From Saccostrea echinata (taxonomy: Eukaryota), in contig NW_026889824.1 of assembly GCF_033153115.1 (NCBI RefSeq), positions 2,046,001 to 2,110,000 of the forward strand: a stretch of 64,000 bases of DNA, given 5' to 3'. The notes beneath the pieces were generated by a model. The model was given only the letters and a program-made list of their open reading frames with translations. It had not been told where the DNA came from and searched no databases. This document shows positions 39,101-51,875 of the stretch, piece after piece. The position numbers and the translations under genes were made by a program. Position 1 is the stretch's first letter; each line of letters opens with the position of its first letter.

Positions 39101-39391
39101 AGCTTTGTCTGTCACACTCTCTCTCACTCCATTTCATATACAGTATGTCATTGTGTACATGCACATAATAATTATATTGTAGAATTGTTTGTCATTGTAA
39201 ACCATAAGATTTCAATGCTGTTTGTAGTTGAGGAGATGGAGAGTGAGGAGGAGGATACCATGGTAACCATTGCCGGGAAGAAAGTGCCCCTCCATGAAGT
39301 TACAGATGAGATGGTGGCCAAAATGACTCCAGAGGAAAAAGAAGATTACATACGACTAGGTCAAGAACTCTATCAAAACATGTACGAATGA
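36174..39391 (+). CDS. GTF2E1: General transcription factor IIE subunit 1 (TFIIE-alpha), ~408 aa; exons 36174-36823, 37186-37390, 38134-38341, 39228-39391
   Basis: [36 protein letters not shown]; [22 protein letters not shown]; Zn ribbon FKCPTC..FRCTFC; C-terminal acidic segment and [20 protein letters not shown] joins are phase-compatible. Confidence 0.95.
38313..39036 (+). repeat. 30-bp minisatellite (~24 units) spanning the TFIIE-alpha exon/intron boundary
   Basis: Unit ~aagatctcagctccatctcataacacaggt. The first unit is coding (KISAPSHNT) and ends at the splice donor. Confidence 0.95.
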
Positions 39392-40043
39392 CTTCTACAT
39401 TCACATTATTTACATGTATAATGTCCAATAAGGAAACCTCTGTTTCTTTGTACTGAATTGAAGCACAAGATCAGAACTGTGCTCTTCACTTTGTGCTGAT
39501 GGTGATTTATGATCACTTGATCACAACCTACAGCAATTCACAGAAAAAACAACTCTTTCAAAGGTGTTTGTTGTACCTATGTTTATGTAATTGTACCTAT
39601 CTGTGAAATTCATTGGCTCTTACAGAAATTAAAATCTTGTACATAACTGTATTTGTAATTGATGAATTCATTAAAATCATTTTGGTGGAACATCTTGTAT
39701 GTGTACCCTTAAAATTTGATTAAAGTAATTCTTAGTTTCTTTATCTTTCCTCTATATATATGCATGTGTCACTCACTGGATCTAAGGGGTAAAATGAATG
39801 TTCTTGTCTCTAGAAACTTGTGTTTGATGTATAGGGAAGAGTGATAGTTCAAGTCTGATATTAAACACAGACTATTCAAGAGTTTCAATTAATACTTGTC
39901 AAAAGTCAGTTGGGAAAATTGGGAGAGGGGGGTGCCCTTTTTTCTTCCCTGTTTCTGTCCCTTTACGACTAAGACCAAAAAATTAAGTTGATTGTAACAT
40001 CTTAAAAAAGAAATTTATTCCCATAATTACATTTTGATCTTAA

Positions 40044-40825
40044 AGGTGCTTGGACACAGATTTGAAGTTAATATTTTTTCAAATTTTCTGTAAAATTTCA
40101 TGACTTATATGTTGCTATAGCATTTCATACTAAAATATAATAAAAATCTTATTTCATCTCCTAGTTATTGAAACTTCAAATTTCTGAATGCGTTTGATTA
40201 ACACATCCTTGCACTTTCACAAATTTTAATTTTATTCTTAATACTTAAGAAAAGTGGCAATTTTGTTGAGTATTAATGAAAAATATTAAAACTATAATCC
40301 AGAAAATTCAGAGTAGAAATGTTCGAAAGCAAAACCCACTCACAGTATTGTCAGTCCGTGCTCAGTGGTGTGTGCAGACTTTAACAATTGAACACACCCG
40401 GTGAATCGTAAACATTAACAATAACAGAGCTCGTGCCCTGTTTACAAAACAGTTTACGTTTCACGGGTGTATTCAATTTGTTAAACTCTGTACACAACAC
40501 TGAGCACGGGCTGACGATATAAGTGAGGGGGTTTTGCTTTCGCACATTTCTACTCTGAATTTTCTGGAATGTAGATGTAATGTTTTTCATTAATACACAA
40601 CAAAATCCCTTCTTTTCTTAAATGTTAGGGATAAAGATAAAATTTGTGAAAGTGCAAGGATGTGTAAATCAAACGCGTCCAGGAATTCGTAGTTCCAATA
40701 ATTTCCAGATAAAATAAGTTTTTAATTATATTTTCGTGTGAAATGCTATTGCAATTATATATAAGTCGTGATATTATACAGAAAATTTGAGAAAATATTA
40801 ACTTCAAATCTGTGTCTAAGCACCT
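40044..40825. mobile_element. TTAA-TSD foldback element (Kolobok-like), inverted along nearly its whole length
   Basis: ttaa|aggtgcttggacacagatttgaagttaatatttt ... aaaatattaacttcaaatctgtgtctaagcacct|ttaa. Internal arms also pair (e.g. ttcagagtagaaatgt / acatttctactctgaa). Confidence 0.9.
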
Positions 40826-43790
40826 TTAAAAAGGCAGGATTATCTCTGAAGTCTATATATCAAGAACAAGCAATTTAATTAAGGGGTCTTCCTGTGTAAC
40901 ACTGAGGGAAGGTCACCTAAGATATAACAGAAAGTGTTATATAATTAACTTCCTGTCAAAAAAAAAAAAAACATACACACTATTATACAAGGATATATTT
41001 TGTACTAATACATTTTATCAGATTATATACAATAAGGAAATTAAAAACGAATTAAATATGTAGTTTATCCTTTATGCAAATAAGCAAATGTGTGTAATAC
41101 TTAACATATGTCAGACTCAGACATCCCCCCCAATCGTAGTTATCCTCCCTCTCCCGTTAGACTCATGCATTCACAAGAGCACATCGTTACATGTAATTTA
41201 AGTGAAATATCAAAGTCTGAGAATTACTATTTTTTCTTGAGATATATGTAGAGTCATCTAGTCAATTAAAAAAAGTTACGACTAGACAAGATAAAAATAA
41301 TCTTTAGTTCTCAGGCACTGCCAGGCTAGACATTTACTCACATATTAAAAAGGGAAATATAACTGTCAATTTTCTATTTAGGAAATTGAGTTATTCCCCC
41401 TTTCCTCCATAATTTCAAGGGGGAAAGGATCTCCCACATTTTTTCCTGAAAATTTTAGACCGAGAAACTTTTTTGGGCTTGAACAAAAATTTACAAATTC
41501 AAAAAAAATTATATTTAAAAAAAATTATATATCTTTCTTACACAAGAGAAAGAAGAAAAAAATTAGGCCTACTGACCATGCTGACAGCCACTAGAAAAAA
41601 TCCAAATGATAATTCTCTGAAAACATTTTAGCACCATGCAGCCGCCAGATGAACTATCCTCCGCAGGCTTCGATTTTTATACATTTAGCTCAGTCAATGT
41701 ATTTTTTTCTTCAAATTTTCGGATTAGTTACACAGCATGTTTCTTTATGAAATTATAGGGTAACAAGAGACAGTAGAAACATAGAAAAAAAATTTGTAAT
41801 CGGAGTATCTCAGAGTAAATGACTTTTAAATTTCCCGCTTCAAAACAAGAGTGAAACTCTTCAGTCAAGGAAACAAAGAATAGTCATCACTTGTATAGGG
41901 TGAAGGCCACCCAGACAAAAACATAGAAAGCAGTAGATCAGGGAATGATCGGAAGATGACAGTCGTGGTAGACGTCACGCAACCTTTTTAAACAGGTGTA
42001 GCAAAACAGGAACAGGGAACAATCAGTGCTCCAATGAAAACAGGGTATGTATGTGAACCATGTTTTTTCAATAGTCACCCAAGATGTGAAATATACAGAG
42101 GTTGCACTGCTAAAATTTTATTATGCAATGTTGCGCGAAACATGCAGAAGCTGCAACAAAGTCAAAACGTCTAGTAATTTACATCACATTCGCATGACAG
42201 TAAAAAATGGTAAAGATGAAATGACATCTATGTCTATTCAAGATAGATTTCCTCTCTCGAGCCTAGATTTTCAGGTTTTGCGTTCTTATCTGGTCGTAAA
42301 ACCATCTTTTAATATACAATGTACAGTATTTCAATGTCAGTGTTTATTTGAATAATCTAAAAGTGTCTAGAGACAGGCCCTCACCAGGCCCTTGAGGACA
42401 ATATCGTTTTAATCGGTCGATGATTATTCCATTGAATTCTGTTGAAATTAAACAAAATTTTAAAAAAGCATGCAAACAATTTTCAAAATATTTAACTGAG
42501 GCATTTTCAGTATTCATAAATTGCCTTGACCATAGGAGGACTTTTGGAAGGACAAGGCTTACTGATATAATCATGTTATGTTCTCAAAAACATATGATTT
42601 GCCATTTTATGCATTAATCGAGTTTATGCATGACTTGATAATTTTCTCATCAATTTCAAAATGAATGCAGCAACTTAATTGAATAACAATTCAGATATCA
42701 TACATCAATGCATTGCATGAGTATATTGATAATCAAATATATACATACCAGTATGTACTGGTTAACGAAAGTCATTATATTACACTATCAAAAAATCTTG
42801 AGTGACCACATACGAAATCTTTCTGACAAAAGATGAACTTCCTGAATGGTCACGATTTTAGACTTTTGTGTGCTTCCCATAAAATTTGCAGATCATACTG
42901 GATTTTATTTCTGTAAATATGGTAAAGTTCTTTAATTTCCAATATTAATAAATACCTTGTTTCTATCTATTATGCATGTATGTCTAGAGCAGTCGATTTT
43001 GTTATATTACAAAACATTTATGAACATGATGAAGAGAAATTCTAATATAATACTTCAACATGTTCAATCAACTTAAACATGTTAAGTTATAAATTGTTTT
43101 CTGGTTTTGTTTATTAACTTAGTGAGTAGGAAACTTAAGGAATATCAAGATAGTTATCAATGAGTTTATAGAAAAAGTTTTATCTAAAAAAGGGTCCTTC
43201 ACTGGTAAGTGGTAACAAGTTAATTTTAATAATATGGATACACATGATAAAGCAGTGTTCCAGGGAGTAGAATAGTAGATTGATTAATGTGAAGGGTGCA
43301 TGGGGAGGATCACACAGTTTGTGAGAATTCATAAACAAAGTAATATATGACATATAACATGTATAACATCATAGATGAATATAAATGAGAGAATGTTACA
43401 AGTCCCTGAGGATTTATTTTCCAGTCATCTATATACTGTTATACTACAGAAGGTGAATAAAACATGATAAAAAGTCATTACTGATAATGCTGATAAAGTA
43501 TAATCCTCCAACATGCCACTGTTACTAAACATAAATATAGAGGTAGGAGATTAACCCTGTTTATTTACTTATATCTTATCTGTATCCAAAATAAACAAAA
43601 CTCCTGATTCATAATATATACACTAGTGTAAAATTCAGTGCCCATAAATTATTGTACTTATATGTACTGAACTCATAAATACAGACAGGTTTACCCCTAA
43701 AAACTAGGAAATTTATTATATATGTTTTTTTTTCATGATCAATAACAGTACCTGTAAATAATGTAAATAAATGTTTGATTTCTGTACATT

Positions 43791-43959
43791 TAAGGAATGT
43801 TTTTAAGTTTTGTGTGAGTTATTGGTGTGTAAATCACACAGACTTGTCACGTAGGCATATTTCATGAAGCGCGCTAGCGCTTCATGAAAAATATGCCTAC
43901 GTGCAAGTCTGTGTGATTTACACACCAATAATTCACACTAAACTGAAAAACATTCCTTA
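43791..43959. repeat. Foldback element with the same taaggaatg start as 17531
   Basis: taaggaatgttttt..ggtgtgtaaatcacacagacttg..ttcatgaagcgc GCTA gcgcttcatgaa..caagtctgtgtgatttacacacc..aaaaacattcctta. Confidence 0.85.
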
Positions 43960-44195
43960 TATTTACATTTTACAAGTTCAAAAGCAACAATATTATGCTC
44001 AATATTTGAATTTCTTGCTGCCCTATATCGTTACATTTTTATTAACGTCTCTGTTGCCTCATTGTGACGTCACTTTACAGCGAGTTTCACCGTGTATATT
44101 TCTACGCGTGAGTATACACAAAAATGAACTTCAAATCAATTGCACAGTTGGCTTAGTAGAAAAACATAGCAAATGTAAATATTTTCTAATGTACT

Positions 44196-44519
44196 CAGGG
44201 GCTGACAAATCCCATTGCCCGACGCCCGGGGCTAGTGAATTTTAAGGGTGGGCAAGTGGAATTTTATCAACCACTTGCCCATGGGCAAGTGACTTGAAAA
44301 AAAAAAATCCATATGCAAGTCATAGATCTAAAGCTCAAATTGTACAGGGGTTTGCATGATCTACTCAGTGTTTTTCTTCCATTTTTAAAAAATATTATAT
44401 ATAAATATGATAATACTTTATGGTGGGACAAGCAAATATTCAGGTAGGGCAAGTGAATTTTGACCATGTACTTGCCGTTCGACAAGTGCCTAAAAAATCT
44501 ATTTTTCAGCCCCTAGCTG
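44196..44519. mobile_element. MITE with gggcaagtg subrepeats and probable 5-bp TSD
   Basis: gtact|caggggctga ... tcagcccct(agct)g|gtact. Confidence 0.6.
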
Positions 44520-45936
44520 GTACTCTTTCTTGATATATAAGATATTTATAAAAATTATAAGGCTCACTGCTGATACAGACTGATATATATAAATTTCCTG
44601 TTGAATTGTGTTGTAGATGAGGTACAGGTAGAGGGCTGAATTAAAAGCTGCTTTCTTCTCCTGGGCCATTGATATAGAGAGCTACAAGTGAGTTACTGTG
44701 GTTACCAATTTAATTATGACCTGCTTTATCAGGCGGGTAGCCAGAATGGAATTGAAGTGTAGGCAGAGAACAGCAGGGGGTCAGAGTTAGGTTCCAACTT
44801 TCACAAATCAAAATTTTATTATTACATTACCAATTTACTATGATTTAACTAGGCTACAACAAAAAAAGTGAGGGGGGGGGGGTGGGGGGGGCATGCAACC
44901 ACCTTTTTCAATGAACATTTTCAATAGTAAAAGGTTAGATTTTGAAATAAGTGAGGGGTGAGGTCACCCCCTTGCTCCCGTGATACTATGTGCCTGCTGG
45001 TGAGGGTCCAGAAGCTCCTGCGTTTTACCAAATATTTCATTCATTTTCTTGCAAAATGAAAATTATGCCATTTAAGACGTAGTAATATTTATTGTTTTAA
45101 AGCAAAGTTAATACTCCCAATAAAACTTACTGTACATGTAGTTTGAACTAAATATTTAACCTATATATCGGTATCATCTACTCTTGTTTAACATTCAAAA
45201 ACATGTATACTAATTAAATGTTAATTATATTAACAAAAATATTGTATTTTAAATCATATTCTAGTAGATCATAGCATTCAACAATGTGTTTGAAAATTAT
45301 TTTTTCAAAGATCTCTAAAAAAATCAATGTATTAAAGAACTATTTCAAATTAATGAATGATTTATTTGGATTTAATTGGCAATGATTTAATAAAGGATTT
45401 CAAATTTTATTATACAGTCATGGTAATATTAAATTCAAATAAAAACAGTATGACACAAAATAATTTGAAACATGAATATTTGTTGGATGGTACTGAGATT
45501 TTTTCTTTGAATACCTCTCTCTCTCGCTCTTGAAAATGATGTGTATGCACTTGAGTATTTGCATATAGGCAGCTATGTGCCTGTTTATCCACTGATGCTG
45601 TAATCTCATTATTGTTGCTATGGTTGTGTGTATCTGATGTAATTAGTGACAAATGATTTCATTATTGTTGGGGACAAAATGAACTGGATTATGCAGACAG
45701 TTTAAAAACACACTGTAGTCAGTTAAAAGGAAAAATACCATTAATGATATATACTTTTTTCATTTCTCCTTATCATACAAAGGAAAAAATCAGACTTGTC
45801 CCCATGTTTAATTATAAACTTAGATTTTTTGATATTTTTCTCAATGTGTAAACAAATGAATGTGTACTTACAGGTTTCATGGATTGACGAGAGAAGAAAA
45901 AAAAGCAGAAGCTGCATCATCTTTGAAAGCTAAAAT

Positions 45937-48111
45937 ATGGCAAACATCATTGAATTTACCTCCAGCTGTTTCTTCTATTTAAACCAGTATTTTAGAACTT
46001 TCTGGCCAATAAAAATTTTATTTGACCACCCACTTCATCCCCCATCTACTGAAACTGAGCTAAAAGTTCTCCGTGCAATATACCTACTGCGACATCAAGA
46101 CGACCTGGAAGCTGTGATGCGCATAGTGGAATCACTTCCCAAGGATGAAGATATTCTAGGTGTTTTTGACCAACACACCAAGTACAATCTCATCCAGTTA
46201 GCTGTAATCACCAACAACAAACCCCTTGTAAACAAACTAGTGCAATATTACTCTGGACATTTGAATCTTAAGTGCAATAATCCTGTGCACTTAGCCTCTC
46301 ATTTAGGGCACTATGGTATTTTAGAGACATTGTTGGAGAGAGGAGGGAGGAGTGGACAGATTGCTGGGATGTGTTACCCTGGGCCCCACTCCCCACTGGA
46401 GGCCTACAAAATCCTTGGTTTATTAGACTATTCCAGTTATAAATGTCAAGTCAATGTTGACCTCCCAGTGTTTTATGCCATCTCCAGTGATAGTGTGAAC
46501 TGTGTGAAGCTGCTGCTGTCACAGATGCAATCAGAGAGAGTGCCTCTACCATCTCCTTCAAGACTTCTTCATTTTGCATGCTGTAAAGGAACTTTGAACT
46601 GTCTTCGTTACTTTGTGGAACGATTTCCAGATGAAGTCAATTCACTGAACTCAAAAAAAGAGACTCCACTACTTCAGGCAGTTGTCTGGGGAAGAGAGTG
46701 TGCTAAATCTCTCATAGATAATGGTGCAGATGTAAACTGTGTTTCTAAAACTGGTGAAACTGCCCTACATAGACTCTATTGCAATGACATTGATGGGTTG
46801 TTCACCATATTTGACACCACAAAGTACCTGTTGACAACAGGAATTGAGCAGTTAGTGAATGAAGTGGACAACTCAATGGAGACTCCACTACATTATCTAG
46901 TGACGCATGTGTCGTTTATTGGAGGAAATCTCCTCCATCCAAGTCAGAGCCAGAACCATGTAACCAGATTGCAGCTACAACCAGATTACCAGGATCAGGT
47001 TGTTCAGTCCTTAGATCTCCTGCTAAAGTTCAACGCCGACCCTCTGAGGGAGAACCGCTTTGGCTTGCAGCCCCTTAACAAGCTCATGCATGTGGCACTT
47101 AAGTCTTGTGGTACCATGGGCAAAATGCTGTGTGACTGTGTTCAGTTTTCCATTGACTCTAAATATCTCTACAAGAATGATTTCAGCCATCTAAACAGTG
47201 CTCTGGAGGTTCTACTAAGACATGGATCAGATCCAAATAGTCTTTGTTCAGAAGGTCATTCTTCTTATCAGATTTTTCTTCAGTGTTTGTTGGAAAACAA
47301 TCTTGTGGAACTCTGTAATCAAGCAGAGGGTGTTGTCTCATCATTATGTACATTGTTAAAGTATGGTGCTAAAGTGAATTTCCAGACGAATAATGGTTTC
47401 ACTTGTTCCACCATTCTGGCAAAGTTTGCAGCCAGACACTTTACGATTCCAGTCTCTGAAGATTCCAAAATGTTGAGGGAAGAGTTTTCAAATCTTGTTT
47501 GTGAAGTCTTGCGAGCTCACTTTATGCATGGACTGAATCCAAATGTTTTGACAAATGCTAAACATCCATATTTAAAGGGAGGAATGGGAAATGCAATCAT
47601 TGAATTTGTTCATCTGTCTAAACTTGCCAAATGTCCGTCAGACTTTGTCGTGATTCGCCGCTGGTTAACAGTCATCCTCCAGTGGGGAGGTGACCCTGAT
47701 GTAGAACCTTATCAATCAGAACCCATCATCTGCCATTCCCAGAGTTCCATATTTCTTCGTCACCAAGGCACCCAGCCTGTAAGCCATTACATTCATGAGA
47801 TGAAGGATGAGGATGCTCTCTATAGAGATGGTTATGCAGAGGAGCTGCTCATGTTGTTTTATCACTCCATGAGCCACAAGGAACTCTGTGAGTGCCTTAA
47901 TTCTGCCCGCTCTATGACAAGATTTCATCCTATGGGAGCAGTTGGGAAGAAATTACTTCAGATTCTTAGCTCAATGTCAGAAAGTCCCAGAAGTCTGATG
48001 GAGATCTCTCGTGTTGTGATTTACAAATCAATAGATAGACAGTTGGCTGTAAAGGTACCACATCTACCCATACCAAATTCTATGAAGAAATACCTTCTTG
48101 AAATTCAGTAA
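45937..48111 (+). CDS. Ankyrin-repeat and SOCS-box protein (ASB-like), 724 aa, single coding exon
   Basis: Ankyrin motifs (NPVHLASHLGH..LETLLERG; ETPLLQAV..LIDNGADVN; GETALH; ETPLH) and a C-terminal SOCS box PRSLMEISRVVI..LPIPNSMKKYL. Acceptor ttacag at ~45873 lies upstream. Confidence 0.9.
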   Translation: MANIIEFTSSCFFYLNQYFRTFWPIKILFDHPLHPPSTETELKVLRAIYLLRHQDDLEAVMRIVESLPKDEDILGVFDQHTKYNLIQLAVITNNKPLVNKLVQYYSGHLNLKCNNPVHLASHLGHYGILETLLERGGRSGQIAGMCYPGPHSPLEAYKILGLLDYSSYKCQVNVDLPVFYAISSDSVNCVKLLLSQMQSERVPLPSPSRLLHFACCKGTLNCLRYFVERFPDEVNSLNSKKETPLLQAVVWGRECAKSLIDNGADVNCVSKTGETALHRLYCNDIDGLFTIFDTTKYLLTTGIEQLVNEVDNSMETPLHYLVTHVSFIGGNLLHPSQSQNHVTRLQLQPDYQDQVVQSLDLLLKFNADPLRENRFGLQPLNKLMHVALKSCGTMGKMLCDCVQFSIDSKYLYKNDFSHLNSALEVLLRHGSDPNSLCSEGHSSYQIFLQCLLENNLVELCNQAEGVVSSLCTLLKYGAKVNFQTNNGFTCSTILAKFAARHFTIPVSEDSKMLREEFSNLVCEVLRAHFMHGLNPNVLTNAKHPYLKGGMGNAIIEFVHLSKLAKCPSDFVVIRRWLTVILQWGGDPDVEPYQSEPIICHSQSSIFLRHQGTQPVSHYIHEMKDEDALYRDGYAEELLMLFYHSMSHKELCECLNSARSMTRFHPMGAVGKKLLQILSSMSESPRSLMEISRVVIYKSIDRQLAVKVPHLPIPNSMKKYLLEIQ

Positions 48112-48422
48112 AAACCCATTGTTGTTCTTCTAAGACAGCAGACTGTGGTGTTATTTGTCTTATCATGTTTATGGATATGTAAAAGATTTGGTGATACATT
48201 GATATCAAGTTTAATGGTTTTATACTTTAGCCATTATATTTAATATTTTAAAAAAAATTGACTTCCTGAATTTTGTGGATTTTTTTCATTGTTAAATGTA
48301 TTTTTTCTATTTTAAAGTGCTATAAATTGTGCTAAAGTGCTGTAAATAAAATGCCTTTAAGCGATGGGTCAACTTTAATATATCATGCATGTACATCTGT
48401 ATAGAATGTTCACTTGGCAAGA

Positions 48423-48489
<67 letters not shown>

Positions 48490-49848
48490 GACCAAGTTTT
48501 GGAGACAAAATTCTATGGAGATAACCCTTTCGGGGGCTTTAGTGAAAATAAAAGTTTCAAGTTTTTACATGTGTAAAGTTGCACGGCTGCATTTCATGAC
48601 AATACAAAAAGAGTTTTGAATTGGAATGTATGAAAATAAGTTTTATATGAAATGGTAAAAATGAAATTCCTCCAGGGAAAGGTATTCGAAGAGGAATGAA
48701 ATACTGCATCTTAATTGTTCAGGCTGGTATGTCTTCTTGCCCAATAAACCTATATATACACTGTACATTTATTTAGCTATAATGATTCTTCAAAATTGAG
48801 ACTAAAGTTAAAACTGTTTGTATCTTACAGTGTGTTTAATAGTTTTTTTTCTCAAGAAGGGAAAGTGATGGACTGATTGACATGATACTGGAATAGTTTA
48901 TGTCCCGGAAGTAAAGATGGTGAAATTAGAAAAGCACTTGGACAGGCTATATAACAAAGCAAGATAAACTTTTATAGAAAAGTTAGCCGTCAGATTTGAA
49001 CTGTTTATATATTAGTAGATTTCAAATGATATAATGACATTAGTCACATTATTATACCATAACTAGTAGTAGTACCTTATTGATACAGGAGCACCGCCAC
49101 AGACACAAAGCATCATTTTTGAAAGGGGGAGGTTAACCGATATACTAGTATATATATAGAGAGAGAGAGAGAAAGTATTGAAAGGAGGAGAGTAATCGAT
49201 ATGTACATGTATAAAGAGAGAGAGCAAAAGTAAAAAGTGTTATACTGTAACCTTTTTGTTTCTCAGAAGAGTATCTTTAGGTATAACATTCTTTGTTTAA
49301 GAAGTACATGCGACACCACTCTGATCCCAAGGTTCCTGGGGTCCGTTGTACAAAACATCTTGCGACTAAGAATAGATTATATACATTTTTCAAATATATG
49401 TTAAGAAGACAATTATTCCTAAAAACATTTTTTGGTCTTAGTCGTAAGTTCTATTGTTAAAATAAATAAACTTTAATTAACCCTACCTAATGGTGCTTGT
49501 GTGATATTTTTGCAAAATTGAAGGCTTAATTGTTTTACATGAAAAAGAACTTTCGATTTTTCTTTCTTTCTGTTTTTTAATATTTCTACTTAAAAATCTG
49601 AACAACAATTGTGGTCCCTTCTGGCCTCAAGACCGAAAAGAGTGAGGTATGTTAAAAATCTCCAGCAGTATGCTTATTATTTTGACAAACTAGATCTTGC
49701 GAGGCTCCTCTTTGGAGGAAATTTTTTTCTGTGTTCGAGGCGCACCAATATTTGAACCCTTACTATAAGACCTTTACCATGCAGGTTACACATTAACGTA
49801 CCAAAGTCTTCTGTTCACAGGCACTTGTTTTTGAAACAATTAATACCC

Positions 49849-50085
49849 CAGGCGCGGATCCAGGAATTGAAGTTAGAGGGGCGCAAAAAGTAGGCAGGGG
49901 GTCTCGGGGCCGCCTTGAGGACCCAGTGGGTCCCCCGGAAGCCCCTCGACTCTAGAGATTTTGTAGGGTAAAAATGAGGTCTACTGAGTAGACATTTTTA
50001 CATTTTCTCTCGACGAAACTATGATTTACGTTAACTTTGACAGTTTTTTTTTGGGGGGGGGGGTCCTCCCTTAAATCCGCCACTG
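49849..50085. mobile_element. MITE with 5-bp TSD (related to 3433 and 6808)
   Basis: taccc|caggcgcggatccagga ... taaatccgccactg|taccc. Confidence 0.85.
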
Positions 50086-50124
50086 TACCCCATAGTATAC
50101 ACGACCTACATATGTATGTATATA

Positions 50125-50299
50125 CAGTTAAACCTCGTTATCTCGAACTTGAAGGGACCGAGAAAATACTTCGAGATAACCGAGGATTCGAGATATCCAG
50201 GGTAAAATACTTAAGGAATAAGTAGTAAAGACTTCAAAATGACTTCGACATATCCATGGTATTCAAGACATCCGTGTTTGAGACATCGAAGTTTAACTG
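50125..50299. mobile_element. Tc1/pogo-type MITE (TA TSD); related remnant at ~35454
   Basis: ta|cagttaaacctcgttatctcgaac ... gtttgagacatcgaagtttaactg|ta. Confidence 0.8.
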
Positions 50300-51838
50300 T
50301 ATAAAGATGGATCAATTTGCCACGTCAACTTGGAACAGATAAACACTAGTGGATTTTTTCGCTATTTTTTGGCTAAAGGAGGAATGTAACAACAAAATTT
50401 TATTTCATGATATATACATGTACATGTAAAAATTGTTATATCAATTACCCAGTAAATGAGATGCTTTCGAGTTTAAAATTTAAAAAAAAATGCCGTTAAA
50501 ATATCTTATAAAACATGTAAAGAAAAGTCAGATTCAGAGAGACATTAATTTTGAAATTTGAATGTAAAATACATAATTTGTAAATATTTTTTTTTAAATC
50601 TATGAATAAAATCTTCTCGAGACAAGTAACCTACAGAAAAGAAATGTCAGGCAGTAGTATTCCTCAAATAAAATGAATTGAAATTGCGAAACTGAAGAAA
50701 AAATGATTATTTTCAAATTTGGACCGATCTCGATTGAAATTAAACTGTTCCAAACCACAATTACATAAAATTTAAATATATAACAATTTCACAAGAATAC
50801 TAGATTAATTGGGCGTATAGTTTACAAATTATTTGAACTTATCAATGTAAAAGGTGATTGATCTAAAAAAAAAATCTACAAACAATACAAATATGTGAAG
50901 AGGGCATAAAACACGGACCCCTGGAAATTCTAGAGGTGGGATCAGGTGCCTTGGAGGAATTCACAGTCGCAACTGCGAGAGATACGCAGACTTTTAATGA
51001 TTTTTATAAAATTTTGTATTGACTTTGATCGGGGTCGTTTTTAATTCAGTTGTTCAAACATAGACCTGAAGCTTCAGGTCTATGGTTCAAATTTGAAAAT
51101 TAGCAGTTTCTCTAAAATTGCACAATTGTAACCAATTTCTTTTTACAATATGATTGTCTAGCATATCTTTCCTAAAATGTAATCATGGCTTGTTTGTTGA
51201 ACATTTTACTCATAGGTTAAAAAAAAATTAAAAAACAATTTGTTTTATTTTAAATATATTTCTTTATTTAAAAAAAAAATTAAAATGTCTCTGACCTTTC
51301 TTGATTTTTTTATGATACTTATAGTATGCAAATGGCAAATTTTAATCTCTAAAGCACTCTTTTTACATTATCTCTGAAGAAAAAAAAATACGAAAAAAAT
51401 CATATTAAAATTATTTCGAGGTAAAAATCAGTCTTCACATGCTGAAAACATATTCATGTATAAGAAATTTTTAAAGATGCATTCAATAAAATTTTGATGT
51501 AGCATTCCTCCTTAAAAAAAAAAGAAATTTAAATTGCATGTTTAACATTCTTCAATATACTTCCACTTATTTTAAAGACAGGGGATGATGATGAAATATT
51601 GAAATAAATTCAACGTTAATACAAGATGTACTTCAGTTAAAGCACAAGACTGTCAACTTACAAGCAAATTATTCTCCTGCTTGAGAACAGATAATAAGAT
51701 GCAAATATAAGAATCTTTATTGAACAGAAAGCAAAAAATAAAATTAAATCGGTAACTATTTGAATTTTAAGTACAGTGAAGATATATACGTTTTTGTTTT
51801 TAAAAAATGATATGAAGACAGTATGTAAAATTAACTTT

Positions 51839-51840
<2 letters not shown>

Positions 51841-51875
<35 letters not shown>

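Noticed and set aside
48307-48619. IYIYIY ORFs (also 19943-20125)
   Set aside because: Translations of (TA)n microsatellites.
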